Positions 15,782 through 25,231 of a DNA stretch of 27,049 nucleotides are shown here, in pieces. The notes beneath the pieces are model-generated. The model was not told the origin of the DNA, ran no database searches, and saw only the letters and a list, made by a program, of their open reading frames with translations. Each line of letters opens with the position of its first letter. Position 1 is the stretch's first letter. The position numbers were made by a program, and so were the translations under genes. The DNA comes from a virus (lineage: Duplodnaviria > Caudoviricetes), in IMG/VR virus record IMGVR_UViG_3300025132_000231, positions 1 to 27,049 of that record; one strand, given 5' to 3'.

Positions 15782-17352
15782 TGGGTCAGCTAGTAAAATT
15801 TCCAATGTTTCAAACTTATACTCAAAAAGGATTAACAAAAGATCAAATTAAATCAGATGCAACAATGACTATTATTAACAGAGGTTTAAGAATGTCAAAT
15901 TCAGAAAGATTAGCATTAGGTGTAAGTGAAGATTTTTGGACAGCAGAAAATGTATTAGGTCTTTGGGATAACGGAAGAATTAGATTTGATTATGATCCAA
16001 GAAGTATTGGAGATCCAACATATAGAATATCTATGGACTTAGATGGAGATGGATTGTTTATGGCTTTAAATAATCCAACAGATCCAGATATAAGTTTTAA
16101 ACCAGAAGCAAATAGAACATTAAATGGTTCTTTAACTTTAGAAGGAGTTAGAGCAGAATTTCAAAATGAGGCTTGGGAAAATTGGATGAATACATTTCCA
16201 ACTGAATCATTTACTCAAAAATATATGTTTGATCCAGTATCAGAAGTGCCATTTGTTATGTCTACTTTAAAAGGAATGTTTAACCTTATGTATAATGGAT
16301 ATAACAAAGGAAAAAATGGTGTAGAAGATGTAGCTAGAATGTTTAATGACATAGATTGGCTACCAGATGTAGAGTTTGATATGAATACTGTAGAAAGACA
16401 ATTACAAGAAAATCAAATTAATTTTCTTACATACCAACAACAAAAAGAAGAAGGAATTTTTGATGAAACTATATCTGGTAAATTTGAAGGAAGCGAACAA
16501 ACAGCATTAGGATTTGAAGACACAGGAACAAGTATATTATTTAGTACTATTAATGACCAAGAAGGTGGCTTTCGTTCTTATGCATATGATTCTGGATATA
16601 CAGCAGATAGAAATAAAACATTTATTCCCGGTGTTAGAGGTGTTGGTGGTGGACCAATAGAAATGGCAGCTAAAGATAGTAAAATACATAAAGCAGAATA
16701 TGATTTAATGATGTCTGAAATTGGTGATCCTACTATTGGTACTGGGCTATCATTAAAAGATCCTACTGTTATTAAAGAATTACAAAATCTTGGATATAAT
16801 ATTGATAAATTATTAACTGGCGAACAATCTTTAACTAGAAAAGATAATAATATTGTAATGATGAAAATGATAGATCAAAAATTAAATATAGTAAGTGATC
16901 TTGTTGGTATTCCTGTTAATGAATTAGCAACAAATAAAAATGCTTATTTAACTATTGGGTTAATAAAACTAGCATACAATAGTAGTTCTTGGATTGGTCC
17001 TAGATTTCAAAAAGCATTAAAAATGTATATAGAAACAGGAGATGAAAAATGGTTAGGTACTTTTAGTAGTTATAATTCAGGTTCTAATGAATTTTATTCA
17101 GAAGATCGCCCTAAAATATTAGGTGGTCCTAATAGAAAAGAAATTGAACAATATGAACCAACATTATTAAATGAATTATGGAATGATGCTGAAAGCATGA
17201 ATGCAAATGGAATGGGTGGTTTTCTAACAATGATGGAAGATGTAGGTGGTTTTATTACTGCTTGGTCGCAAGGTCAAATGACTTATTTCCCTGAATTGCA
17301 AATTGCGGCTTCCCCACAAATTAGTAAAAAAAATAAGTCAGTTTTAGATTAA
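15781..17352 (+). CDS. Internal virion protein with lysozyme-like (GH24/T4L-type) domain
   Basis: EGGFRSYAYD (E-x8-D), GDPTIGTG and LAYN...RFQKAL motifs; start reassigned to ATG 15781 (TAATG overlap). Confidence 0.7.
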   Translation: MGQLVKFPMFQTYTQKGLTKDQIKSDATMTIINRGLRMSNSERLALGVSEDFWTAENVLGLWDNGRIRFDYDPRSIGDPTYRISMDLDGDGLFMALNNPTDPDISFKPEANRTLNGSLTLEGVRAEFQNEAWENWMNTFPTESFTQKYMFDPVSEVPFVMSTLKGMFNLMYNGYNKGKNGVEDVARMFNDIDWLPDVEFDMNTVERQLQENQINFLTYQQQKEEGIFDETISGKFEGSEQTALGFEDTGTSILFSTINDQEGGFRSYAYDSGYTADRNKTFIPGVRGVGGGPIEMAAKDSKIHKAEYDLMMSEIGDPTIGTGLSLKDPTVIKELQNLGYNIDKLLTGEQSLTRKDNNIVMMKMIDQKLNIVSDLVGIPVNELATNKNAYLTIGLIKLAYNSSSWIGPRFQKALKMYIETGDEKWLGTFSSYNSGSNEFYSEDRPKILGGPNRKEIEQYEPTLLNELWNDAESMNANGMGGFLTMMEDVGGFITAWSQGQMTYFPELQIAASPQISKKNKSVLD

Positions 17353-20300
17353 TGGGAGAGTTTAGTCCTTTAGGAGATCAAAATGTAAGAAGACCCAATA
17401 TTAGTGGTAGACCTGATCCTACAGATCCCATAAATTATTTTCAAGGGTTAAGAGATATAGGAGCTGGTTGGGCAGATGAAAACATATTTGGAATTGGTTA
17501 TAAATATATTGTAGATGCTAGTGTAGCTGAAGATGATACAGAATTTGTAAGAGATACTAATTACAATATATTCCAAGATTCTCAAATTAAAGGATTAGAA
17601 CCATATATAGGTAATTTCTTACATAGTAAAAGTAAAAAACATACTACAAGATTAATTTCTAAATTTATTAAAAATGCTAAAAACCAAAAAGGTTCTCCTT
17701 CTTATATAGTAGGTAGAATATTAGGTGGATTTACAGATCCTACTAGTCTTTTTGCATTTACAAAAGCTGGTAGTTTTTTATTTACTGGTAATAAATTATC
17801 AAAATCAATTAAATTAGGAAGTATGATAACTGTTGAAGAAAGTATTAAACAGGGATTAAGCGATACAAGAGCATGGGAAGATACTGTTTTAATAACAGCA
17901 AGTGGTTTTGTTATCCCAGCATTATTTCCATCATTTAATAATAAATTAGCTGGTAAGAAATTTGATGAAACTGCTGATAAATTAGATAACATGGACACAC
18001 ATTATTCTAATAGCCAATATGTTGGTGGTGGTATTTATAAAGATAAATCTGTTGGTGCGGCTCAAATAGGAAAAGTTAGAACTGAAACAGAATGGATAAA
18101 AGCTAATCAAATTGAAACTACTGGGTTAGGTATATTTGGAGAAAAATCTGGGTTTACACCAGTATTTAGAGTATTAAATAAAGGTGAATTAGACCAACAA
18201 GATTTTATTACTACTGTATTAGAAAGTCCTTTATTAACTAAAGGTAATTTTGAAGGAATACAATCTGGACCCACTATTGAAAGAAAAGTAAAATCTCGTC
18301 ATTACATGATTAAGATTAGTGATGATGCTGTTATGGCTGAATACAATACTTATCTAAAAAGACTTGGTAAAAATGAACAAAATATTTTAGAAAAAACTAT
18401 TAATACAAAATTAGGTACAGGCTTAGAAAAAACTGGTGTAATGACACCTAGAGAATTTTCTGCTGCTGTAACTAGAGCTAGATTAAATCCTAATTTACCA
18501 GTTGCACCTGAAGTAAGAGCTGCTGCTAAACATACTGAAGATTTGTTTTATGGTCCATTAGGAAAAGAATATCAAGAAAGTGGTATAGCTGTTGCATGGC
18601 ATACATATCAAATTGATAGATTAAATGGTTTTATTAGAAGAATGGAATCAAATAAAAAAACAGATCGTAATCAATTAATGAATTTAATAGCTATCAGAAA
18701 CAAAATTCAATCTAAATTAGAATTAATGCAAAACACAGGAATACAACTTAGAAAAAATTATATTAATCCATTATACAGAAGAGATGCAATAGAAGCTAAT
18801 CCAGAACTTTTTAAAAAAATAATGAGAGAAGAATTAGAAAAATTAATGGGTAGAAATCTTAATAAAGATTTAAACAAAGTAACTGGAAGATTTTATGATG
18901 ACAAAAAAAAATGGTCTATACAGCAAACAAACGATTTAATAGACGATATTATTGAATCATTTATGCAATATCAACCTACTCTTAGATTAAGAGATATTGA
19001 TGATGTACTTACTAAAATACCAGATGAAGCAATAGGAGAAGTTAATAAAATATCTAGTAGATTTTTAGGGAGAGATTTAGATATTGATTATACAAGATTA
19101 ATGAAAGAAGGATTTATGGAAGATGACATAATGCTTCTACAAAGACATTATTTTAATCAAGTAGTTCCTGATATAGAAATAACAAAAGTATTTGGTGATC
19201 CTATGGGGTACGGAACTAGATGGTCAACAACCAATCAATATTCTGAAGGTTTAATTCAAATTACTGACAATATGTTAAGAAAAAATGGTAATTATAATAG
19301 ATATTATAATCAAAAATTTGATGCAAAAGCAAAACCAATAGGTGATTATTTAACTAAAGAACAAATAAGCATCTTAAAAGATTTAGATGCTTCTATACAT
19401 TTAATTAGAGGAACATATGGTTTAGCACAAGATCCTAATAGAACTTTTAGTAGAGGTCTTAGAATGATGAAGCTGTATAATGCTACAACTATGCTTACTG
19501 GTATAGCACAAGTAGTAGATACAGCTAGATTAGTTATGATTAATGGCATGGGTAAAACATTTAAAATACAAGTAGAAATGTTCCAAAGTGGCATGGCTAA
19601 AGAAATACTTAAAATGTCTAAAAACTCTACACAGTTAGGTGGTGAAGCATTAGACATGATAGATAGTTCTAGAGCAATGGGTATGTATGGTATGGAAGAT
19701 GCTTTCGGTGTATTTAATAAAATGGAAAGAGGAATGAGCAAAGTAGGAAATGTCTATTTTACATTTTTAAATGCTAGTAACCCATGGAACGCTTCAGTAA
19801 AAACTATGGCTGGTTTTTATAATGGTACTAGAATAATAGAAAATGTAGAAAAAATAGCATTAGGAAAAAAAATATCTAAGCTCAATAGAGCTAGATTAAG
19901 TTTTTTAGGAATAGATGATAGTATTGCTAGAGAGATATATAAACAATATCAAAAACATGGTGTTGGTAAAAATGGTAAAATAGCAACAAAAGCAGATGGT
20001 AATGATTTTAAATATATGCGTGTCGCTAATAGTGATGCTTGGGACGATACTGTAGCAGCAAAAAAAGCTGCTGAAATATATCATCAAGGATTATCTAAAC
20101 AAGTAAATGTAGATATTGTTACTCCAAGTAAAGGAGATATTCCTCTCTGGGCAAATGGTGAAATAGGTGGTGCTATAGCACAGTTTAAAAAATTTGGTGC
20201 TGCTGCTACACAAAGAATGTTAATGCGTGGATTACAAGAAAAAGACATGAATTTTATGCAAGGTGTTTTCTTATTAATGGGTGCTGGTATGATGGTAGAT

Positions 20301-20693
20301 GCATTTAGACAACATCAATTTGGTAGAGATTATAGTAAAAAACCTTTTGGTCAAAAACTAGTAGATGGTTTTGATAGATCAGGATTAGGTGGTATTTTTT
20401 CTGATATAAATAATGCAATAGAAAGATTAGGTAATAATCAAATAGGTTTAAGACCATTATTAGGTGGTAAAAAACCTTATGGTACATATAAAGATATATT
20501 AAATAATCCTATTCCTGATGTGTTAGGCCCGACTGCAAGTCAAATTACAAATATTGCAGATGTTATGTGGACATGGGGAACTGGTAAATACAACCATCAC
20601 ACAGCAAGGAATGTGCGTAGACTAGTACCATTCCAGAATGTATGGTTTTTGGATTCATTATTCGATCAATTGGAGAAAAAAGTATTAAGATAA
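17352..20693 (+). CDS. Large internal virion (ejection) protein, gp16-like position
   Basis: 1113 aa immediately before the tail fibre; C-terminal QFKKF, DRSGLGG, LGPT and RRLVPFQN motifs typical of large podovirus core proteins. Confidence 0.75.
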   Translation: MGEFSPLGDQNVRRPNISGRPDPTDPINYFQGLRDIGAGWADENIFGIGYKYIVDASVAEDDTEFVRDTNYNIFQDSQIKGLEPYIGNFLHSKSKKHTTRLISKFIKNAKNQKGSPSYIVGRILGGFTDPTSLFAFTKAGSFLFTGNKLSKSIKLGSMITVEESIKQGLSDTRAWEDTVLITASGFVIPALFPSFNNKLAGKKFDETADKLDNMDTHYSNSQYVGGGIYKDKSVGAAQIGKVRTETEWIKANQIETTGLGIFGEKSGFTPVFRVLNKGELDQQDFITTVLESPLLTKGNFEGIQSGPTIERKVKSRHYMIKISDDAVMAEYNTYLKRLGKNEQNILEKTINTKLGTGLEKTGVMTPREFSAAVTRARLNPNLPVAPEVRAAAKHTEDLFYGPLGKEYQESGIAVAWHTYQIDRLNGFIRRMESNKKTDRNQLMNLIAIRNKIQSKLELMQNTGIQLRKNYINPLYRRDAIEANPELFKKIMREELEKLMGRNLNKDLNKVTGRFYDDKKKWSIQQTNDLIDDIIESFMQYQPTLRLRDIDDVLTKIPDEAIGEVNKISSRFLGRDLDIDYTRLMKEGFMEDDIMLLQRHYFNQVVPDIEITKVFGDPMGYGTRWSTTNQYSEGLIQITDNMLRKNGNYNRYYNQKFDAKAKPIGDYLTKEQISILKDLDASIHLIRGTYGLAQDPNRTFSRGLRMMKLYNATTMLTGIAQVVDTARLVMINGMGKTFKIQVEMFQSGMAKEILKMSKNSTQLGGEALDMIDSSRAMGMYGMEDAFGVFNKMERGMSKVGNVYFTFLNASNPWNASVKTMAGFYNGTRIIENVEKIALGKKISKLNRARLSFLGIDDSIAREIYKQYQKHGVGKNGKIATKADGNDFKYMRVANSDAWDDTVAAKKAAEIYHQGLSKQVNVDIVTPSKGDIPLWANGEIGGAIAQFKKFGAAATQRMLMRGLQEKDMNFMQGVFLLMGAGMMVDAFRQHQFGRDYSKKPFGQKLVDGFDRSGLGGIFSDINNAIERLGNNQIGLRPLLGGKKPYGTYKDILNNPIPDVLGPTASQITNIADVMWTWGTGKYNHHTARNVRRLVPFQNVWFLDSLFDQLEKKVLR
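20612..20646 (+). promoter_or_regulatory. Putative internal promoter for the tail-fibre module (TGTGCGTAGA motif)
   Basis: TAGACT (20618-20623), 17 nt, TATGGT (20641-20646); ends 47 nt before the tail-fibre ATG. Confidence 0.5.
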
Positions 20694-22253
20694 ATGGCAA
20701 TAGCAATATCAGACACCTCACCTAGAGTACAATATACAGCAACTGCTAGTCAAACTTCATTTACAGTTCCTTTCGAGTTTTTTGCAGATTCTGATCTAAT
20801 AGTTAAAAAAACTGCTGTAGCTGATGGTGCTATTACCACTTTAGTTTTGGCAGCCAGTCCTTCTTCTGCTACTCAGTACAGAGTTACTGGTGCTGGAGTT
20901 ACTGGTGGTGGTTCAATTACACTAGGTGGTGGTGCCACAGTTAATGACAAATATACTATTACTAGAAATTTACCTATATCTAGAACTACTGATTTTGCTA
21001 CTACTGGTATTTTCCCAGTCGAATCTTTAAACACAGAATTAGATAAAATTGTTGCAATGATGCAACAACAAACTGTTGATATTAATTTATCTCCAAGAGC
21101 AGCCTCAACCACATCTACTGCTTATGGATTAATATTTCCAGAATTAGTAGCCAATAAAATATTAACAGTTAATAGTGGTGGTACTGCTTTAGAGTTTAGT
21201 CAATCAATTACAGATGTAGCAACTGTTGCTGGTATTGCTAGTGATATTACTACAGTAAGTGGTATTGCATCTAATGTTACTGCTGTTGCTGGTAATGCAA
21301 CTAATATTAATGCTGTTGCAGCTGATGCAACTGATATAGGTGCTGTTGCTGGTAAAGCCACAGAAATAGGTAGATTAGGTACAGCAGACGCTGTAGCAGA
21401 TATGGCTATCTTAGGAACTGCTGATGTTGTTAATGACATGAATGTTTTAGGTAGTTCTGCAACTGTAACTGCTATGAACTTATTAGGTACTTCTGATGTT
21501 GTATCAGATATGAATACCCTAGCCACAGCTGACATAGTTTCTGATATGAATACTTTAGCAACCGCTGATGTTGTTGCAGATATGAATACTCTGGGTACTG
21601 CCGATGTAGTATCTGACATGAATACACTTGCTACTTCAGATATTGTAAGTGATATGAATACTTTAGCTACAAGTTCTAACGTAACTAACATGGACACAGT
21701 TGCAACAAATATTACGAATGTAAATACAGTTGCTGGAATTTCATCTAATGTTACGACAGTAGCTGGAATGAACTCTGCAATTAGTACAGTAAATTCTAAT
21801 TCATCAAATATTAATACAGTAGCTGGTATATCATCAAATGTTACTACTGTTGCTGGAATATCTAGTAATGTAACCACAGTAGCTGGTAATAATTCTAATG
21901 TTACTACTGTTGCTTCTAATATTTCAGATGTTAATAGTTTTGCCAATACTTATAGAATTGGATCAAGTGATCCATCATCATCTTTAGATGAAGGTGATTT
22001 ATTTTACAATAGCACAAGCAATGCATTAAAATATTATAATGGAAGTGCTTGGGTAAGTATTACTGCCGATACTGATGCTTTAGTTAAAGTATCTAGTAAT
22101 GATACAACTGCTGGTTATCTTAATGGTAAGCTAGTAGCTGGATCAAATATTTCTTTTACAGAAAATAATAATGGTAGTAATGAAACATTAACAATAGCTA
22201 GTTCAGGAGCTTCATTAGATGATGCCACAGCTCTAGCAATAGCATTAGGCTAG
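20694..22253 (+). CDS. Tail fibre protein with T7 gp17-like N-terminal anchor
   Basis: PRVQYTA...QTSF.VPFEFF...DL.V and LN.ELDK....QQ anchor motifs; repetitive shaft; GDLFYN....LKYYNGSAW motif; C-terminal ALAIALG. Confidence 0.88.
   Translation: MAIAISDTSPRVQYTATASQTSFTVPFEFFADSDLIVKKTAVADGAITTLVLAASPSSATQYRVTGAGVTGGGSITLGGGATVNDKYTITRNLPISRTTDFATTGIFPVESLNTELDKIVAMMQQQTVDINLSPRAASTTSTAYGLIFPELVANKILTVNSGGTALEFSQSITDVATVAGIASDITTVSGIASNVTAVAGNATNINAVAADATDIGAVAGKATEIGRLGTADAVADMAILGTADVVNDMNVLGSSATVTAMNLLGTSDVVSDMNTLATADIVSDMNTLATADVVADMNTLGTADVVSDMNTLATSDIVSDMNTLATSSNVTNMDTVATNITNVNTVAGISSNVTTVAGMNSAISTVNSNSSNINTVAGISSNVTTVAGISSNVTTVAGNNSNVTTVASNISDVNSFANTYRIGSSDPSSSLDEGDLFYNSTSNALKYYNGSAWVSITADTDALVKVSSNDTTAGYLNGKLVAGSNISFTENNNGSNETLTIASSGASLDDATALAIALG
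21207..21941 (+). repeat. Coding tandem repeats in the fibre shaft: 10-aa, 12-aa, 10-aa blocks
   Basis: About five 10-aa units (AGIASDITTV), nine 12-aa units 21378-21701 (ATADIVSDMNTL), eight 10-aa units 21702-21941 (AGISSNVTTV). Confidence 0.9.
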
Positions 22254-22263
22254 AAAGGATAGA

Positions 22264-22614
22264 ATGGCTAATACATTTAAAATAAAAACTAATGATGCTA
22301 TGCCATCTAGTTCTGGTACACCTTTAACACTATACACAGTACCAAGTTCTACTACTTCGGTAGTATTAGGATTATTACTATGTAATATTCATACAGCTGA
22401 AGTAAATGTTAGTGTTAAAATTGAATCAGATACTTCTGATACGGAAACAAATCAAACTGTGTTCGTAGTTAAAAATGCACCTATTCCAGTTGGTGGTACT
22501 CTTGAAGTACTAACTGGTTCTAAGGTGGTATTACAAACTACAGATGTTGTTAAAGTTGATTGTTCTGTATCTGCAAAAATAGATGCAGCATTATCAATAA
22601 TGGAGATTACATAG
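22264..22614 (+). CDS. Small beta-rich virion/tail structural protein
   Basis: MANTFK...LYTVP...V.GL.LCN...IP.G.TL...KVVL...D...SIMEIT pattern; GAAAGG SD. Confidence 0.75.
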   Translation: MANTFKIKTNDAMPSSSGTPLTLYTVPSSTTSVVLGLLLCNIHTAEVNVSVKIESDTSDTETNQTVFVVKNAPIPVGGTLEVLTGSKVVLQTTDVVKVDCSVSAKIDAALSIMEIT

Positions 22615-22615
22615 A

Positions 22616-23326
22616 TTGGGATATATAGGCAGAACACCTACAGGATCTATACTTACTGGTGCAGATATAGCAGACGGATCTATATCTACAGCTAAGATAG
22701 CAGACACAGCAGTTAGTACAGCTAAGATTGCTGATGATGCAATAGGTAATACTAAGTTAGACCTTACTGCTAACTATGCTTTTACTGGCACTATAACTGG
22801 TACACCACAAGATATGGTATTGTTAAGTACAGTAGATGCTAGTAGTGGAACTTCAGCAGTAATTTTTAATAGTTCTGTTGTAACTACTGCATATAAACAT
22901 TTTTATATTGTTGGTCATAGAATTTATGGTTCTTCAAATTCAGTAAATTTTGAATTTTCACTATCAGATGATAACGGAAGTACTTTTACTAATGATTGTA
23001 AAAGAGGACAAGTGTATAGAAATTTATATTCAGGTTCTTCTTTTGGGCATGAACAATCAACCACAAATAATGGAAAAGCTGTAATAGGTGGTTCTATTGC
23101 TGACAGCACTGCTGGTGGTAGTTTAAATCTATGGGTTAATGGTAGTGCTTATTCAACTTGGAAATATATTAATTATTTATTTGGATTTAGACATAGTGGG
23201 GGTGAAGCATACGCTACCAATGGAACTTTTGAACAACAAAATAGTAGCCCATACAATTATTTTAAATTCACTTTAAGTAGTGGAAACATTTATGGTTATT
23301 ATTTTTTATATGGAATTAAAGGTTAA
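22616..23326 (+). CDS. Tail-fibre-like / receptor-binding protein
   Basis: MGYIGRTP N-terminus, 10-aa STAKIAD repeats, MVLLST...YKHF.I head ending LYGIK; TTG start. Confidence 0.7.
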   Translation: MGYIGRTPTGSILTGADIADGSISTAKIADTAVSTAKIADDAIGNTKLDLTANYAFTGTITGTPQDMVLLSTVDASSGTSAVIFNSSVVTTAYKHFYIVGHRIYGSSNSVNFEFSLSDDNGSTFTNDCKRGQVYRNLYSGSSFGHEQSTTNNGKAVIGGSIADSTAGGSLNLWVNGSAYSTWKYINYLFGFRHSGGEAYATNGTFEQQNSSPYNYFKFTLSSGNIYGYYFLYGIKG

Positions 23327-23635
23327 ATGAGTAGAACAAGAATAGTAAATGGTGTTGTTGAAGAATTAACAGCAGAAGAAATAACTGTTTTAGAAGCAGA
23401 AGAAAAAGCATGGAGAGATGCTAATCCAGAACCTACTCCTTTAGAATTATCATTAGGTAATTTAAGAAATAAAAGAAATGGTTTATTATCTAAAACAGAT
23501 TGGAGTGCAAGTTCAGATTTAACAATGAGTTCAGAAATGAGAGAATATAGACAAAAACTTCGTGATGCTACTGAAGGTTTAGATACTGTGGAGAAAGTAC
23601 AAGCATACGAATTTCCAACAGAGGTATTAAAGTAA
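23327..23635 (+). CDS. Tail fibre assembly chaperone
   Basis: LR.KRN.LL..TDW......YRQ.LRD......FP motif typical of tail-assembly chaperones; follows a fibre gene. Confidence 0.8.
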   Translation: MSRTRIVNGVVEELTAEEITVLEAEEKAWRDANPEPTPLELSLGNLRNKRNGLLSKTDWSASSDLTMSSEMREYRQKLRDATEGLDTVEKVQAYEFPTEVLK

Positions 23636-24087
23636 TGGCATACATTGGAACAGCTCCCACATCTGGACAATATTCAATCTTAGATGATATATCTTCTGGC
23701 TTTAATGGATCATTAACAACATTTAACTTAACAAGTGGTGGTACTGCTGTTACTCCTCAGACAGATGCTAATGCCTTAATATCTATTTCAGGTGTTGTAC
23801 AATACACTTCAGATTATGCTATATCAGGTAGCACTATAACATTTAGTTCTGCTCCATTATCGACAGATACTTTTAGTGGTAGAGTTCTTGGTAATAGTAA
23901 AGATATTGGTACACCTACTGACGGAACAGTATCATCATCAAGTCTATCCTCTACTTTCTTCATGACTAACGGACAGACATTTAACAATATTAGTTTAGCG
24001 AGTGGCGATAATGGTATGGCAGTAGGCACTATCACAGTATCAGGCACTTTAACTATACCTTCAGGGAGTACATTTGTAGTATTATGA
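23635..24087 (+). CDS. Tail structural protein
   Basis: MAYIG N-terminus, LDDISSGFNGS.T.F.L, I.GVVQ...Y.ISG..ITF..AP repeat domain, C-terminal LTIPSGSTFVVL. Confidence 0.75.
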   Translation: MAYIGTAPTSGQYSILDDISSGFNGSLTTFNLTSGGTAVTPQTDANALISISGVVQYTSDYAISGSTITFSSAPLSTDTFSGRVLGNSKDIGTPTDGTVSSSSLSSTFFMTNGQTFNNISLASGDNGMAVGTITVSGTLTIPSGSTFVVL

Positions 24088-24695
24088 GTAAAATAGAAGT
24101 AAATGCAATCGAGCCAATATCAGGTAGTTCTGATGTTTTACTTGGTGGCTCATCTAAAAATATAAAATTTGCTAGTGGAACTACAGTAGATTTTTCTACT
24201 AATACACCAACAGTAAATGGATTACCATTATCTGGAACTGGTAATGGTTGTTATAGTAAACCAAATAATAGTGGTGCTTGGAGTTCTTCACAAACTATAG
24301 GTGCTGGATCTTTTACTACAATTACAGCTTGGGAAAATGTAACTACTATTGGTACTGGCGTATCTTACAGTAGTGGCGTTATAACTTGTGCTAATGCTGG
24401 ACTATATTTTGTTCACATGATGGCTGAATCAAGCACAACTTCACAAACAGGACAAGTGTGTAAAGTAACACTAGAAGGTTCTAATAATTATGCCGCTGGT
24501 GGTAGAATGGAAATAGCAAGTATAAAATGTTATAATGATCTTGGTGATAACCTAAGACTTGCTGGTGCTTGTATAGTTCCATGTGATGCTAATGACACAA
24601 TAGATTTTAAATATAGACATGACAACGGGCCATCAAATGTTGTTGTAAGAAATGGGAGCTTTTCTGTAATACAGTTAAGTACAAATATATCATAA
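24084..24695 (+). CDS. Short tail-tip protein with C1q/TNF-like head (divergent paralogue)
   Basis: MSKIEVNAI N-terminus; ITCANAGLYFV and ANDTIDF match the C1q-like F.....G.Y / L..GD.V pattern. Confidence 0.65.
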   Translation: MSKIEVNAIEPISGSSDVLLGGSSKNIKFASGTTVDFSTNTPTVNGLPLSGTGNGCYSKPNNSGAWSSSQTIGAGSFTTITAWENVTTIGTGVSYSSGVITCANAGLYFVHMMAESSTTSQTGQVCKVTLEGSNNYAAGGRMEIASIKCYNDLGDNLRLAGACIVPCDANDTIDFKYRHDNGPSNVVVRNGSFSVIQLSTNIS

Positions 24696-25231
24696 TGAGC
24701 ATATTAAAAACAAATCAAATAACTGACTTAGGGGGTAACGAACTACTAACCAGTAATGGTAGTGGTGTTATCTCTAGTGGTGGTGCTATTACTAATACTC
24801 CAGCTTTTATGGTTGTAAAAGGTAGCGATCAAACAATTTCAACAGCAACATGGACTAAAATTACTTCATGGTCTACTCCTTTATGGGACACTGATAGTGC
24901 TTGGAGTACAGATAAATGGACTGTACCTACAGGCAAAGGTGGTAAGTATATTTTTCATGCTCATATTTATTTGACATCTTTTGATGATGGAAAAAAAGTA
25001 GAAGCAAGATTATATAAAAATGGATCTAATGCTGGTGGAACAACTACAGGAAGTTCATCAGTTAGAATAATGTCAAGTGGAACTAATCACGAAGTTGATA
25101 TAGGTTGGAGTTGGATAGGAAATTTAAGTGCTGGAGATTACATTGAGTATTATGTAAATCAAAATAATGGAGATAACCAAACTTTTTATAGAGAAAGTTG
25201 GTTAAGTGGTCAAAGGTTAATAGGAGCATAA
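24695..25231 (+). CDS. Short tail-tip protein with C1q-like head, paralogue 1
   Basis: NTPAF, WTVPTGKGGKY, LYKNG, LSAGDYIE, RLIGA*. Confidence 0.75.
   Translation: MSILKTNQITDLGGNELLTSNGSGVISSGGAITNTPAFMVVKGSDQTISTATWTKITSWSTPLWDTDSAWSTDKWTVPTGKGGKYIFHAHIYLTSFDDGKKVEARLYKNGSNAGGTTTGSSSVRIMSSGTNHEVDIGWSWIGNLSAGDYIEYYVNQNNGDNQTFYRESWLSGQRLIGA

Noticed and set aside
21378-21701. 36-nt periodic repeats as a possible CRISPR array
   Set aside because: Units are contiguous, degenerate at third codon positions and in frame within a protein; no unique spacers or cas genes.
21200-21946. 248-aa antisense ORF
   Set aside because: Mirror of the repetitive tail-fibre codons, which lack stops on the reverse strand; no SD or independent features.
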